DNA from: Opitutales bacterium
Lineage (GTDB): Bacteria; Verrucomicrobiota; Verrucomicrobiia; Opitutales; PNEW01
NCBI GenBank assembly: GCA_965219535.1
Contig: CBDCNV010000001.1
Location: 1,830,001-1,862,000 of the forward strand
Reading direction: 5' to 3'
DNA: 32,000 bases
The notes under the pieces were generated by a model. It saw only the letters and a program-made list of their open reading frames with translations. It had not been told where the DNA came from and made no database searches. Below, in pieces: positions 1 to 10,069 of the stretch; position 1 is the first letter of the stretch, and every line of letters starts with the position of its first letter. A program made the translations under genes and the position numbers.

Positions 1-348
1 CAGCAAATAAACGGATTTCTCTCTTCAGTAAACCCCCTCGCACTAAGCCGTAATATTAATATTTTAACTGAAAATAAAAGAGTGCTTACATGCCTGGATA
101 GCAATGGTTTCGGTCAGGTGTTGATTCTGGAAGTAGGCGCAACCTGTGTCGGGTCCATCATCAATACCTACGATCCTAACGTCCCTATAATGAAAGGCGA
201 TGAGAAAGGTTATTTTTCCTTTGGCGGGTCAGCAGTGATCACGCTTTTTGAAAAAAGCCGAATTCAATTAGATGAGGATCTTCTCAAGCACAGTTTTGAA
301 GGTCGTGAATTGTACGCGCACATGGGTGATCGATTAGGATTAAAGTGA
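1..348 (+). CDS. psd: Phosphatidylserine decarboxylase proenzyme, C-terminal part (5' end outside window)
   Basis: Frame 1 is open from base 1 to TGA at 346-348. The translated tail LEVGATCVGSI...KGDEKGYFSFGGSAVITLF has the FxFGGS self-cleavage (pyruvoyl-forming) context of short Psd/Asd-type decarboxylases. Confidence 0.7.
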   Translation, partial: QQINGFLSSVNPLALSRNINILTENKRVLTCLDSNGFGQVLILEVGATCVGSIINTYDPNVPIMKGDEKGYFSFGGSAVITLFEKSRIQLDEDLLKHSFEGRELYAHMGDRLGLK

Positions 349-349
349 A

Positions 350-1801
350 TCAGCGCCATCCGCGTTGACTATTCAAGTCGCGGCGGGGCTTATACTCGGG
401 TGCAGAAGGGTCATCAATATTTCTATCTGCTTCTCCCACTAATTTACCTCCTTCGATCCAATCCAAATCTTTTCCATATAGATTTTCTATAAGTATATTA
501 GTCAGACGTTCACGAATTTTCACACAGGAGGTGTCATTACCCAGATCATGCATTTCCTGGGGATCATTTTTTAAATCAAAAAGCTGAATATGATTCCCGA
601 CAGGGAACCATATGAGTTTAAACTCATCCGCACGAATCATGCGAACAGCTTTGTCATCTTCATTATGTTCACAACAGAGATATTCTCTCTTCTCATCTCT
701 GATTAGCGATTCTCCCTCTACAGTTTCTGGAATCGGTATATTGCATAAATCGAGCAGAGTTGGCATGACATCGCGCAAAGCGGCGAATCGTCCATCTTGA
801 TGTTGATGAGCGACTCGATTATCATCAAAAGTGGGCGCGAGTATCATGGGTATTTTTGCAGAATTCTCGTACATCTGTGTTTTAGCCCAAAGATTGTGAT
901 TTCCCAGCATATCACCGTGGTCACTAATGAACATAATGATGGTATTATCAAGCACCCCTTCCTCTCTTAAGGTGCCAATAAGCAATCTAATTTGATGGTC
1001 GATGTAGGTGCACTGTGCGTAGAACCCCGCACGTGCTTCACGAATTTCGGCTGCCGTATATGAAACCCATCTGCTGCGATGGCATTTTAGCGCGTAGGGT
1101 AAATTATCATAATCTTTTGCCCAATCCCCAATGAAGGGTTCATCCACCCCTAAATGCCTATACATCTCCAGATATTCCGCGGGGGGCACAATAGGAGGAT
1201 GGGGAGCCTGATAGGAACAATACCAGAAAGCGGGACGCGTTGGATCTCGACGCTGAATGGTATAACACATTTCCCTCGTCGTCCAATTCGTTGAGTGATA
1301 GCGCTCAGGTAAATGCCAGGGGCGAACGCAATATTCATTGCTTCCCATAGCATGGGTAAACTCCTGACCGTAATAACCTTCCTCGCGAAGAAATCTCTCA
1401 TAATCATCAACCACTCCCCCAAATTGATGGCGACCTTCCTCATTAAGAATTACCTCATCGAAACCAATCCGACTGCGTTGTGGGTAGACATGAAGCTTAC
1501 CCACCGCAAATGCTTGATAACCTGCCTGTCGAAAAGCAGCAGGCATTGTGGTTAAGTTAGGATCCATCTCAAGATGTTCATTAAAAGAGCGATCGCCGTG
1601 CGTTTGCGCTTTTGTCCCTGTCATTAATGCGCGTCTTGCGGGAATGCAAGTGGGGGTCGTGGTATAAGCTTCAGTATAGAGCACACCACTTGCGACGAGT
1701 TGATTAAGGGTTGGCGTTAATATGTGCTCATGTCCTCTGATCCCGAGCAATTGACCGGGCCAATGATCTACACATATCAATAGTACGTTTGGTTGTGGCA
1801 T
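350..1801 (-). CDS. Cys-type sulfatase (arylsulfatase A family)
   Basis: 483-aa ORF with ATG start. N-terminal NVLLICVDHW metal-binding start and the formylglycine signature C-x-P-x-R (TPTCIPARRALMTG). DHGDMLGNH motif late in the protein. No obvious signal peptide. Confidence 0.88.
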   Translation of the reverse strand: MPQPNVLLICVDHWPGQLLGIRGHEHILTPTLNQLVASGVLYTEAYTTTPTCIPARRALMTGTKAQTHGDRSFNEHLEMDPNLTTMPAAFRQAGYQAFAVGKLHVYPQRSRIGFDEVILNEEGRHQFGGVVDDYERFLREEGYYGQEFTHAMGSNEYCVRPWHLPERYHSTNWTTREMCYTIQRRDPTRPAFWYCSYQAPHPPIVPPAEYLEMYRHLGVDEPFIGDWAKDYDNLPYALKCHRSRWVSYTAAEIREARAGFYAQCTYIDHQIRLLIGTLREEGVLDNTIIMFISDHGDMLGNHNLWAKTQMYENSAKIPMILAPTFDDNRVAHQHQDGRFAALRDVMPTLLDLCNIPIPETVEGESLIRDEKREYLCCEHNEDDKAVRMIRADEFKLIWFPVGNHIQLFDLKNDPQEMHDLGNDTSCVKIRERLTNILIENLYGKDLDWIEGGKLVGEADRNIDDPSAPEYKPRRDLNSQRGWR

Positions 1802-1815
1802 ATCGTTATTTAGTA

Positions 1816-3405
1816 TCAGTTTTTCTCTGCGATCTTTTCAGTAGTGTATAAAACTATTCCGTTTTCATCGTAAAAATCAATTTTCGCAACAACCTGTTTC
1901 TTATCCTTACTCATCTTAACTGAGAATATCAAGAACCCGCCAGAGGGTTCTTGAGTGTTGTAGGGTTGCACAATCTTTGCTTCGGGATCCGAGGAATGAG
2001 GGTCGCCGGGACGAGGGCCAATTTCTGTATTAGCATCCACTAATGTTCCACACGAAAATTCTTCGAACCCCGTGGGATGGATGGCGTGATACTGCCAGTG
2101 GCGATCTCCACAGAAGATATAAAAGTTCTTATCGCGAAAGCCGTTTTCAGAAAGCCAATCGAAAAAAGCTTCTCCTTCATAGCGAAATCCACTGGGATTA
2201 ACATGGTTGTCGCGCTTTCCCTCCTCCTCAGGACCGATCATGGGCGTTGCAGAGATGAGGAATTTAAATACCGCGTCGCTTTGCAGGAGTGTTTCTTTCA
2301 GCCAGTTTTTCTGTTTTAATCCCCAGATGCTTTTATTCGGGCCGTCGGGTCGGTCATTTGCATCGCGATAATCCCGGCCTTCGACAAACCAGATTTGTAG
2401 TAAATCATTAACGCGAAAAGTTCTATAAGTTATGGGATGACTTTCCTCAGGATCGACGACGGGCAGTTGCTCTTGAAACATTCTAATCCCCAGTTCCGCG
2501 GAGGGCAGCGAACCTGAACCGGAGACATGCTTGTTAATATTTGTTTTAGGATAATAATCCAAGTCATAATTACGTGTGACTAAATAGGGGTTTATCGGAT
2601 CGGAATCGTTGAAACGAAAATCGTGGTCGTCTTTCATCCAATAGGTTGCTACCTGTTGAAAGAGATTGATAAACCTGGGCTGTGAAAATTGCTCCTGATA
2701 CTTTCTACGTATTTGCTGCTGCGTTTCAGCACGCCCGACAATAGGAGTATCATAATAAACATTATCACCTGTTCCGACAAAGTAATCGGGTTTAAGCTTT
2801 AATATCGAGACGAGAGCCGGATAGCCGAGCAATTTATTTTCATCACTGCCCGGGGGTACTTTTCTCAGAGGATCGTTTTCAAGGCCAGTATAGTGGAATC
2901 TCGAGTAATTCATACCCGTAACGACAGCAAAACTGACTCCATTGTGAGGATTTCCCCCATGAGTTCTGAAACTTGAAGTAAGTCCTTTAGCTGAATTTTC
3001 AGTATCAGGACCGTAGATTACACGGTAATAGTATAATTTTCCCGGCTTTAGATTTGTAACCTTTGTTTTGATTATAAAATCGTAATCGGGAATCGCTTTT
3101 ATCCACGGAGTTTGAAATGAATTATTAAAATCCTCGTCAGTCGATATTTGAAAACAAGCCCATCCAGAAATACCAGGAATGCCAGACCACGTTTTATCGA
3201 AGAGAGGATTGGATGAAGTCAATCGTGTCTGGAGAATGACGCTGTGATCTGAAACTTCACCAGCCATTTGTCCTTGAGCCAAGGAATAGGCTTCCAAAGC
3301 TCCTGCGCCAAAACATAGGGTATGGTATCCCAACAATAAAAAAACAGTTAGTAAAAGAAACGGTTTCACCCTAGTAAATTCGTCTTTAGCTGTTCTGCTA
3401 GTCAA
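1816..3405 (-). CDS. PhoD-like alkaline phosphatase / metallophosphatase, exported
   Basis: 529-aa ORF with metallophosphatase motifs GDNVYYD, DDHDF and GDRHWQY, which are typical of the PhoD family. Hydrophobic signal-like N-terminus (KPFLLLTVFLLLGYHTLCFGAGA). The ORF-track start is TTG at 3405; an in-frame GTG 12 codons downstream is an alternative start. Confidence 0.82.
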   Translation of the reverse strand: MTSRTAKDEFTRVKPFLLLTVFLLLGYHTLCFGAGALEAYSLAQGQMAGEVSDHSVILQTRLTSSNPLFDKTWSGIPGISGWACFQISTDEDFNNSFQTPWIKAIPDYDFIIKTKVTNLKPGKLYYYRVIYGPDTENSAKGLTSSFRTHGGNPHNGVSFAVVTGMNYSRFHYTGLENDPLRKVPPGSDENKLLGYPALVSILKLKPDYFVGTGDNVYYDTPIVGRAETQQQIRRKYQEQFSQPRFINLFQQVATYWMKDDHDFRFNDSDPINPYLVTRNYDLDYYPKTNINKHVSGSGSLPSAELGIRMFQEQLPVVDPEESHPITYRTFRVNDLLQIWFVEGRDYRDANDRPDGPNKSIWGLKQKNWLKETLLQSDAVFKFLISATPMIGPEEEGKRDNHVNPSGFRYEGEAFFDWLSENGFRDKNFYIFCGDRHWQYHAIHPTGFEEFSCGTLVDANTEIGPRPGDPHSSDPEAKIVQPYNTQEPSGGFLIFSVKMSKDKKQVVAKIDFYDENGIVLYTTEKIAEKN

Positions 3406-3444
3406 GTAAGAACTGTATATCCCGCTATTAGCTTTAATTTATAT

Positions 3445-3969
3445 TTAAGGGAGATTAAATTTTGATGGCTCATAACCTCGGAGCTGAATGGCCTTTTTAA
3501 ACATCTCTAAATCTAATTTTGCTCCACGATTAATATTATTCTTCTGAAACCACCCTTGATTTAATTCCAGTGCATATTGTAACTCATCACTTCGCGAAAC
3601 GACAGTTGTCTCATCATAGGGATAAAGAGGATAAAATTCCTGAAGGACACCATCGGATGAAATGAATCCAACATCGAGAGGGAGGGGTGTGTTGCGCATC
3701 CAGAAACTCATCCTTTGTGGTTTAGTATAGAGAAAGATCATACCTTCATTTTCGCCCATGTTTTTTCTGTACATAAGACCACGGCGAAGTTCTTCTGCTT
3801 CGACCGCTAATTGTAATCTTATTAACTTGTCCTCAATCGCTATATCAAAGTAATGATCCAGGCCCAAGGGTGTGATAATATCACTAGAGTCCTGACGATT
3901 ACAGCCAAGTAGAAAGACGAATAAGATGAAGTAAAAAAGTAGCGTCGATACCGGATACCGGTCTTTCAT
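3445..3969 (-). CDS. DUF192 family protein, probable lipoprotein
   Basis: 174 aa. Signal plus lipobox-like FLLGC. The core GLMYRKNMGENEGMIFLY...MSFWMRNTPLPLDVGFI matches the conserved DUF192 (COG1430) pattern. Confidence 0.7.
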   Translation of the reverse strand: MKDRYPVSTLLFYFILFVFLLGCNRQDSSDIITPLGLDHYFDIAIEDKLIRLQLAVEAEELRRGLMYRKNMGENEGMIFLYTKPQRMSFWMRNTPLPLDVGFISSDGVLQEFYPLYPYDETTVVSRSDELQYALELNQGWFQKNNINRGAKLDLEMFKKAIQLRGYEPSKFNLP

Positions 3970-4033
3970 GCGGTTATTTAACTAGACATATTTCAGACAT
4001 TCTCAATGCTTATCGCTTTATTCGGTGATATAA

Positions 4034-5170
4034 ATGCAAGGAACAAAAATTTCGCCATTGATCTACGCGGATTCGGAATCCAATGCGGATCAGTTATACT
4101 TTAGCAAAGTATTTGTGCCTGATCCTTTCCTCTCATTTGGAATAGGTAAAAAAAAATATGCAATTATAAATGCATTGGAGTATACGCGTGTAAAGAAAGA
4201 GTCGGTATTTGATGAAGTACTTTCTTTCGAGGAATGGAAGGAAAGAGCAGAAAAAAGATTTCGAAAGAAAAAGGTTGGTCTTAGTGACATTATACGACTT
4301 GTGGCGGATGAGTATAGCCTCCGCTCTTTTCTCATAGCCTCCGACTTTCCAGCGGGATTGGCTCTGGAATTAATTAAAAAAAAGATAAAAATTAAAATTT
4401 CTGAAGGTTCACTTTTTCCTAATCGAGTGATAAAAAGTGATGAAGAGGCAAAAGCGATTCGCGAAGGTAATGCAGCAAGCGCCGCAGGAATAAAAGCAGC
4501 AGAATCTATTTTAGAGAAATCATTAATTAAAAATGGTAAAATTTTTTACCGTAAACGTTTTTTAACATCAGAGCGATTGCGCGAAGAAATTGAGATTGTC
4601 TGTTTAAAAAAAGGGGGAATTGCAAGCCACACGATAGCCGCTGGTGGCGACCAGGCATGTGATCCCCATTGCCTGGGCTATGGTATTTTACGCGCTAATG
4701 ATTTGATCATTGTAGATGTATTCCCCCGAATTAAGCGGACAGGCTACTTTGGAGACATGACGCGAACATTTGTTAAAGGCCGAGCCAATGAAAAACAGCG
4801 AAAACTTATCGCTACCGTGAAGAAAGCACACGGCAACGTATTGGATAAGTTAAAAGGAGGTATTTCAGCTTCTAAGGTCCATAATGAGGTGCAGATGTTT
4901 TTTGAGAAAAATGGGTATCTCACGCGCAAAAATGGTGATGTAATCGAAGGTTATTTTCATGGGACCGGACATGGTGTGGGATTAGAAATTCATGAGGAAC
5001 CACGAATATCCTCGAACGGATCAAATCTAAAATCCGGGATGGTTGTAACTGTGGAACCGGGACTTTATTATCCAGGGCTGGGCGGTTGTCGAATTGAAGA
5101 TATGGTCCGTCTCAAACGAGACGGTGTAGAAATGCTCTCTAAATGTCATTACCGATGGGAAATATCATGA
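4034..5170 (+). CDS. M24 family Xaa-Pro aminopeptidase/dipeptidase
   Basis: 378 aa. Pita-bread fold metal ligand motifs DVFPRIKRTGYFGDMTRTF, HGTGHGVGLEIHEEP and VEPGLY...RIED. Confidence 0.85.
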   Translation: MQGTKISPLIYADSESNADQLYFSKVFVPDPFLSFGIGKKKYAIINALEYTRVKKESVFDEVLSFEEWKERAEKRFRKKKVGLSDIIRLVADEYSLRSFLIASDFPAGLALELIKKKIKIKISEGSLFPNRVIKSDEEAKAIREGNAASAAGIKAAESILEKSLIKNGKIFYRKRFLTSERLREEIEIVCLKKGGIASHTIAAGGDQACDPHCLGYGILRANDLIIVDVFPRIKRTGYFGDMTRTFVKGRANEKQRKLIATVKKAHGNVLDKLKGGISASKVHNEVQMFFEKNGYLTRKNGDVIEGYFHGTGHGVGLEIHEEPRISSNGSNLKSGMVVTVEPGLYYPGLGGCRIEDMVRLKRDGVEMLSKCHYRWEIS

Positions 5171-6141
5171 AGCAGCTTTTAGAAAAAATAAGTGAATTAG
5201 ATGTGCTCATTATTGGCGATCTAGTCCTCGATCATTATATATGGGGCGACGCATCGCGTATTTCGCCTGAAGCGCCAGTGCCGGTGATCGAAGTCGATCA
5301 CGATAGTTATGCTGCAGGGGGAGCGGCAAATGTGGCGCTAAATGTAAACGCTCTAGGCGCGACGACGGAGATTTGTGGCATTCTTGGAAATGATGATTCC
5401 GGAAAGCAATTAAGAAGAATTCTGACGGAATGTAATGTTCCGATTGACGAGGCTTTTATTTTGTCGAATAAGCAAACGGTCCTCAAAACTCGAGTCATGG
5501 TACGGCAACAACAACTCTGTCGATTAGATCGTGAATCGAAACCTGAGGATTACAAAATTGATAGTGAAAAACAAAAGGACCTCATCATAGAAAAGGTCAA
5601 AGCTGCGGATGCGGTAATTTTTTCTGATTACGCGAAAGGGGTTATTGATGAGGCAATTATTAAATTGGTTCAGGAAGCGGCAAAAATTAATAAAACATTA
5701 GTCACTTATGATCCAAAACCAAAGGGAAAAGTCGTATTTAGCGAAGTCGACATATTAAAACCTAACCGCATGGAAGCGTTAGAATTAGCAGGATTCCAAA
5801 TGGGGCAGCATGATGAATATCCTGCGGCAAAAATTTGTGAGTCCATTTGGCAAAAATATCATCCGAGATATCTGATAATTTCACTCGGCGCAGATGGGAT
5901 GCTACTCAGTGAAAAAGGTAAAATAATTTCTCAGATTCCGACATACGCGCGAGAAGTATTTGATGTTTCAGGCGCTGGAGATTCAGTTATTGCGTCGCTG
6001 ACGACGGCAATGGCTACGGGTTCAACCATAGAGGAAGCTGTGCATTTTGCGAATGCTGCAGGTGGAGTAGTCGTAGGGAAAGTGGGAGCAGCTGTAGCTT
6101 ATCCGAGCGAAATTATTGAATACGCGGCCAGTCATGAGTAA
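5167..6141 (+). CDS. hldA: D-glycero-beta-D-manno-heptose-7-phosphate kinase (RfaE domain-I type, PfkB family)
   Basis: Stand-alone kinase with VLIIGDLVLDHYIWG...RISPEAPVPV, GGAANVA and C-terminal DVSGAGDSVIA...AN.AGGVVVGK.G motifs. The ATG at 5167 forms an ATGA overlap with the stop of the upstream peptidase gene. The ORF-track start at 5143 is less likely. Confidence 0.82.
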   Translation: MKQLLEKISELDVLIIGDLVLDHYIWGDASRISPEAPVPVIEVDHDSYAAGGAANVALNVNALGATTEICGILGNDDSGKQLRRILTECNVPIDEAFILSNKQTVLKTRVMVRQQQLCRLDRESKPEDYKIDSEKQKDLIIEKVKAADAVIFSDYAKGVIDEAIIKLVQEAAKINKTLVTYDPKPKGKVVFSEVDILKPNRMEALELAGFQMGQHDEYPAAKICESIWQKYHPRYLIISLGADGMLLSEKGKIISQIPTYAREVFDVSGAGDSVIASLTTAMATGSTIEEAVHFANAAGGVVVGKVGAAVAYPSEIIEYAASHE

Positions 6142-6664
6142 GGCCCTTTTCCTTGATCGTGATGGAACTCTAATTGTTGCAAAAGACTATCTTTCAGATC
6201 CCGAGGGCGTGGAGCTTATTCCTGGCGTTTGTGAAGCATTACACCGCGCGTTAAAATGTGATTACCAACTCTTTATGTTGACTAACCAGAGTGGCGTTGG
6301 TCGTGGATGGTACTCTATGGATGATGTGCACGTCTGCAATCGTCGGATGTTGGAATTGCTGGATTTACCGGAACCTGGTTTTAAGGAGATCTGTATTGCT
6401 CCGGAATCGCCCGATGAAGCTCCGAAATACCGCAAACCTTCACCTCGATTTATTTTAGAGATGATAGAAAAGTATAAATTGAATACCACACAATGTACCA
6501 TGGTAGGGGACCACCTAACCGATATCGAATCGGGAATCAATGCAGGTATTAATGTAGCTGCGGTGAAAACAGGAAAGAGGGAAACGGAGGAACATCTTTT
6601 TAATTTTCCCAAGAAGGTTCCGGTTTATGAAAATCTTAAGGAATTCATTGCGACTTTAACATAG
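6134..6664 (+). CDS. gmhB: D-glycero-D-manno-heptose 1,7-bisphosphate phosphatase (HAD-IIIA)
   Basis: HAD motifs LFLDRDGTL (DxDxT), LTNQSGVGRG, KYRKPSP and MVGDHLTDIESGINAG. The ATG at 6134 overlaps the hldA stop by 8 nt. Confidence 0.82.
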   Translation: MSKALFLDRDGTLIVAKDYLSDPEGVELIPGVCEALHRALKCDYQLFMLTNQSGVGRGWYSMDDVHVCNRRMLELLDLPEPGFKEICIAPESPDEAPKYRKPSPRFILEMIEKYKLNTTQCTMVGDHLTDIESGINAGINVAAVKTGKRETEEHLFNFPKKVPVYENLKEFIATLT

Positions 6665-6683
6665 CTTCCTACGCGTATGGTAT

Positions 6684-8447
6684 TTACATTCTCACGAGAG
6701 TCTTAAGACCAAGCAGGTGTAACCCTGTTTCAAGAACACGCAGAGTTCTTGCACACAATAGAAACCTGCGGGATCGAACTTTCGGGTCATCAATGAGGAC
6801 CTTATCAGCATTATAAAATGTGCTGAAGACAACAGAGAGCTCATAGAGATAAGTACAGAGAAAATGAGGGCGCAAGTCACTGATCGTTTGGTCCAGAGCT
6901 GCGACAAACCCAATCAATTTTTGCGCCAGGGCAATTTCCGTAGCGGTTTCAAATTCACTGGCGTCATCTTCAGCTAACCCTGGTTGTAAATCTGCTTTAC
7001 GAAATATACTGTAGATCCGGGCAACAGCGTAGAGGAGGTATGGAGCGGTATTCCCTTCAAAACTTAATAGTTTATCCCAGGAAAAAATATAGTCACTCGT
7101 ACGATTCTGCATTAAATCTGCATAGCGAACGGCTCCCAGACCTACGACTTGTGAAATATCTTTGTACTCCTGATCCGATAAGTCAGGGTTCTTTTCACGG
7201 ACTACATTATAGGCGCGATCAATTGCTTCATTGAGAAGATCCTTGAGTTTTATCTGCTCACCACTCCGCGTTTTTATAGCTTTCCGGTCTTCACCTAGAA
7301 TAGTGCCGAAGCTGACATGTTTTAATTTTGTTCGCGGTAGGTCTTTGGCGGAAAACCATTTTTCAACGGTAAGAAATAATTGTTCAAAATGATCCGATTG
7401 GCGGGCATCGACTACGTAATTAATTTCATCGGCATGAAAATGTTCATGACGATGCATAATCGTCGCCAGGTCAGTGGTGGAATAAAGACTTGCTCCGTCC
7501 GATTTACGAATAATGAATGGCTGTTTTTTATAGCGTGCATGCTCCGGGTGAAAGACAACCAAGGCGCCCTGGCTTTCTTCAGCGATACCTGTTTCAATCA
7601 ATTCCTCGTAAACGCGGTTCAATTGATCGCGGTAATAACTTTCTCCTAGAACTTCGTCGAAATTTATATCCAGGAGATCATAGATTTCTTGAAGCGCGTG
7701 GAGACTGACTTTATTTATCTCCTCCCACAAAGCAAAACTATCGGTATCACCGCTTTGGAGTTTTACCAACTCCTGTCGCGCATGCTCCCGAATCTCCGGA
7801 TCGTTTTCCGCCAAAGCATTTCCCTCCCTGTAGAGCCTCTCAAAGTCATCGAGGGGGTTATTGTGTGAGGCTGTTAGATCATAGCCATTTCGCTTTATGG
7901 CCATCATCAGGATGCCATATTGTGTGCCCCAGTCACCAATATGATTGTCGCGTGTTACACTAGCCCCGCAAAATGCCAGGAGACGGCAGATAGTCTCTCC
8001 GATGACAATCGATCGAATATGACCGACGTGCATCTGCTTTGAAGTATTAGGTGAGCTGAAATCGACAATAATGCGTTTACCACGGTAAATATTACCGGCA
8101 GCAGCTTTGAGATCGTCCTCTTCACGAAATCGCATTAACCATGAGAGAAGAAATTTAGGCGTGAGCTGAAAATTGATAAATCCGGGGCCGGCGATTTCGT
8201 ATCCGATAAGTGTGAGATCGAGATTTCCCGAATGTTCAACGGTCTCCATGAGCTTTTGAGCCGCCTGACGAGGATTTTGACGTGCTTTTTTTGCCCAAGG
8301 GAGGACTCCATTAGCCTGAAAATCGCCAAAACGGGGATCAGTGGGCCGAATGTCAGGACTAAATGAGTCGTCAAACAATGGATTTTCAGCCGCCGCGGAA
8401 AGGATTATTTCATTTAGGGCTTTAGGAATATTAAACCAGATATTCAT
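6684..8447 (-). CDS. argS: Arginine--tRNA ligase
   Basis: 587 aa. SSPNTSKQMHVGHIRS (class-I HIGH region in the ArgRS context), DWGTQYG, and a C-terminal anticodon-binding domain ending ...LGLKTLVRM, typical of ArgRS. Confidence 0.95.
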   Translation of the reverse strand: MNIWFNIPKALNEIILSAAAENPLFDDSFSPDIRPTDPRFGDFQANGVLPWAKKARQNPRQAAQKLMETVEHSGNLDLTLIGYEIAGPGFINFQLTPKFLLSWLMRFREEDDLKAAAGNIYRGKRIIVDFSSPNTSKQMHVGHIRSIVIGETICRLLAFCGASVTRDNHIGDWGTQYGILMMAIKRNGYDLTASHNNPLDDFERLYREGNALAENDPEIREHARQELVKLQSGDTDSFALWEEINKVSLHALQEIYDLLDINFDEVLGESYYRDQLNRVYEELIETGIAEESQGALVVFHPEHARYKKQPFIIRKSDGASLYSTTDLATIMHRHEHFHADEINYVVDARQSDHFEQLFLTVEKWFSAKDLPRTKLKHVSFGTILGEDRKAIKTRSGEQIKLKDLLNEAIDRAYNVVREKNPDLSDQEYKDISQVVGLGAVRYADLMQNRTSDYIFSWDKLLSFEGNTAPYLLYAVARIYSIFRKADLQPGLAEDDASEFETATEIALAQKLIGFVAALDQTISDLRPHFLCTYLYELSVVFSTFYNADKVLIDDPKVRSRRFLLCARTLRVLETGLHLLGLKTLVRM

Positions 8448-8700
8448 GGGAATAATGCTCTATGCCAGCGATATATCAGATGCGAGCTTTGCCTGTGCAG
8501 AGTGACTAAAATATGTCCCTGCACAACGAAATTCATAGGGACACTTGACTCATGTAGTATTATAGTAGGTTTAGTCTACGCGAGAGCGGGTGCTGAGACA
8601 GGTGTCCGCAACTAAAATAATCTCGACAAATCTTTTCTTAATAGCTTAATAATTAGTATCTTGCGATATTACGCCCACCTCCAAAAAGGTAAGAATTTGT

Positions 8701-10038
8701 ATGATGAGAAAGAAAATAGTATCAACACGTAAGTTCATAAAACCTTCATTTGTTTTTCTGATTGAAAAGAAAAGAGATGGGGGAGAATTTACGCAGGAAG
8801 AAATTCGCTATGTCGTCGATTCTTTGATCGATGGGGCACTCCCTCAATACCAGCTCTCGGCGATGGCGATGGCGATCTACTTTCAGGGTATGTCTGCCCA
8901 GGAAACCGCTACGCTTGCCGAAGAATTGATGTTATCGGGTGAGGTTATTGATTTGTCGAAAATCACGAAACCGAAGATCGATAAATATTCAACAGGTGGA
9001 GTAGGGGATATAACCTCACTTGTGCTTGCCCCATTAGCTGCTGCTTCGGGCGTCGCCATGCCGATGATGAATGGGGTGGATGAAGAATTTGTCATTAGTA
9101 ACCTGGATAAATTGTCCGCCATACCCGGCTTTAAACCCGAACTGGATCTGAAAGACTTTGTCCAGCAGATCAAGAAAACCGGATGCGCAATGGTCAAACA
9201 GCATAAAGAAATAGCACCGGTTGATGAGATTCTCTATCATATGCGCAAGAATACTGGAACGATACCCAGCCTGCCGTTAATCACCGGAAGTGTGCTGAGC
9301 CGAAAATTGGCTCAAGGCGCAGAAGGACTTGTTGTGGACGTCAAGTGGGGGAATGGTTCGTTTATCAGGGATGTAGAAAAAGCCCGGCAGTTGGCGCGTT
9401 CAATCACACGGGTCGGACGTTCGATGAAGCGTCGCTGTGTAGCACTCGTCACAGACATGAACCAGCCCTTAGGTGATACGGTTGGAACCGCGCTAGAAAT
9501 CAAGGAAGCGATTAACATGTTAAAAGGCGAGGGAACAGATGCATTGAAGGAAATTGTATTAAAGTTGGGTATGGAGATTGTGCGCCTTGCCGGTGTAGCA
9601 GGATCGACTTTGTCAGCGAAACAGACGGTTCAGAAACAATTACAGAACGGTAAAGCGTTTAATAAATTTAAAGAGATGATAGCTTCACAAGGTGGCGATA
9701 CATCGTATATCGATGATCCTGATAAATTTCCCAAAGCAAAATATATTCGTAAGTTGCCGGCTCCAAAACGCGGTTATGTCCATACGATAAATGCAGGGAT
9801 GATTGCGCGTGGTGTTCAACTGCTTTCGGTAAATAAAAATGGGAGCTGGAACGCTGCTTCCGGTGTTTCAGAGATCCGAAAAGTCGGCACGCAAATGAAA
9901 CAAGGGGAACCCTTGATGATGATTCACTATAATGATGAATCTCGACTGGAAAATGCGCTTGAATATCTTCGAGGCGCCTATCGACTGGCACCCAAACGGC
10001 CCAATCCGCCGCAACTTATTGTTGAACGGGTAGCGTAA
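8701..10038 (+). CDS. deoA: Thymidine / pyrimidine-nucleoside phosphorylase
   Basis: 445 aa. IEKKRDGGEFTQEEIRYVV, DKYSTGGVGD, SGRGLxxTGGT-like region (SLPLITGSVLSRKLA) and GNGSF motifs of the glycosyl-transferase family 3 phosphorylases. Confidence 0.9.
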   Translation: MMRKKIVSTRKFIKPSFVFLIEKKRDGGEFTQEEIRYVVDSLIDGALPQYQLSAMAMAIYFQGMSAQETATLAEELMLSGEVIDLSKITKPKIDKYSTGGVGDITSLVLAPLAAASGVAMPMMNGVDEEFVISNLDKLSAIPGFKPELDLKDFVQQIKKTGCAMVKQHKEIAPVDEILYHMRKNTGTIPSLPLITGSVLSRKLAQGAEGLVVDVKWGNGSFIRDVEKARQLARSITRVGRSMKRRCVALVTDMNQPLGDTVGTALEIKEAINMLKGEGTDALKEIVLKLGMEIVRLAGVAGSTLSAKQTVQKQLQNGKAFNKFKEMIASQGGDTSYIDDPDKFPKAKYIRKLPAPKRGYVHTINAGMIARGVQLLSVNKNGSWNAASGVSEIRKVGTQMKQGEPLMMIHYNDESRLENALEYLRGAYRLAPKRPNPPQLIVERVA

Positions 10039-10069
10039 AGAGATCCTTTTATAGTGTTATAGAGCGACT

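Noticed and set aside
350-1801. The sulfatase lacks a signal peptide, considered as an unusual cytoplasmic sulfatase.
   Set aside because: Cytoplasmic Cys-type sulfatases (for example the choline-sulfatase-like group) are well known. Absence of a signal peptide alone is not noteworthy.
8494-8525. Hairpin TGTGCAG-N18-CTGCACA in the 253-bp argS/deoA divergent intergenic region, considered as a riboswitch, T-box or sRNA element.
   Set aside because: The stem is 7 bp with a large loop. I could see no T-box specifier/antiterminator features, no conserved riboswitch core and no flanking U-run.
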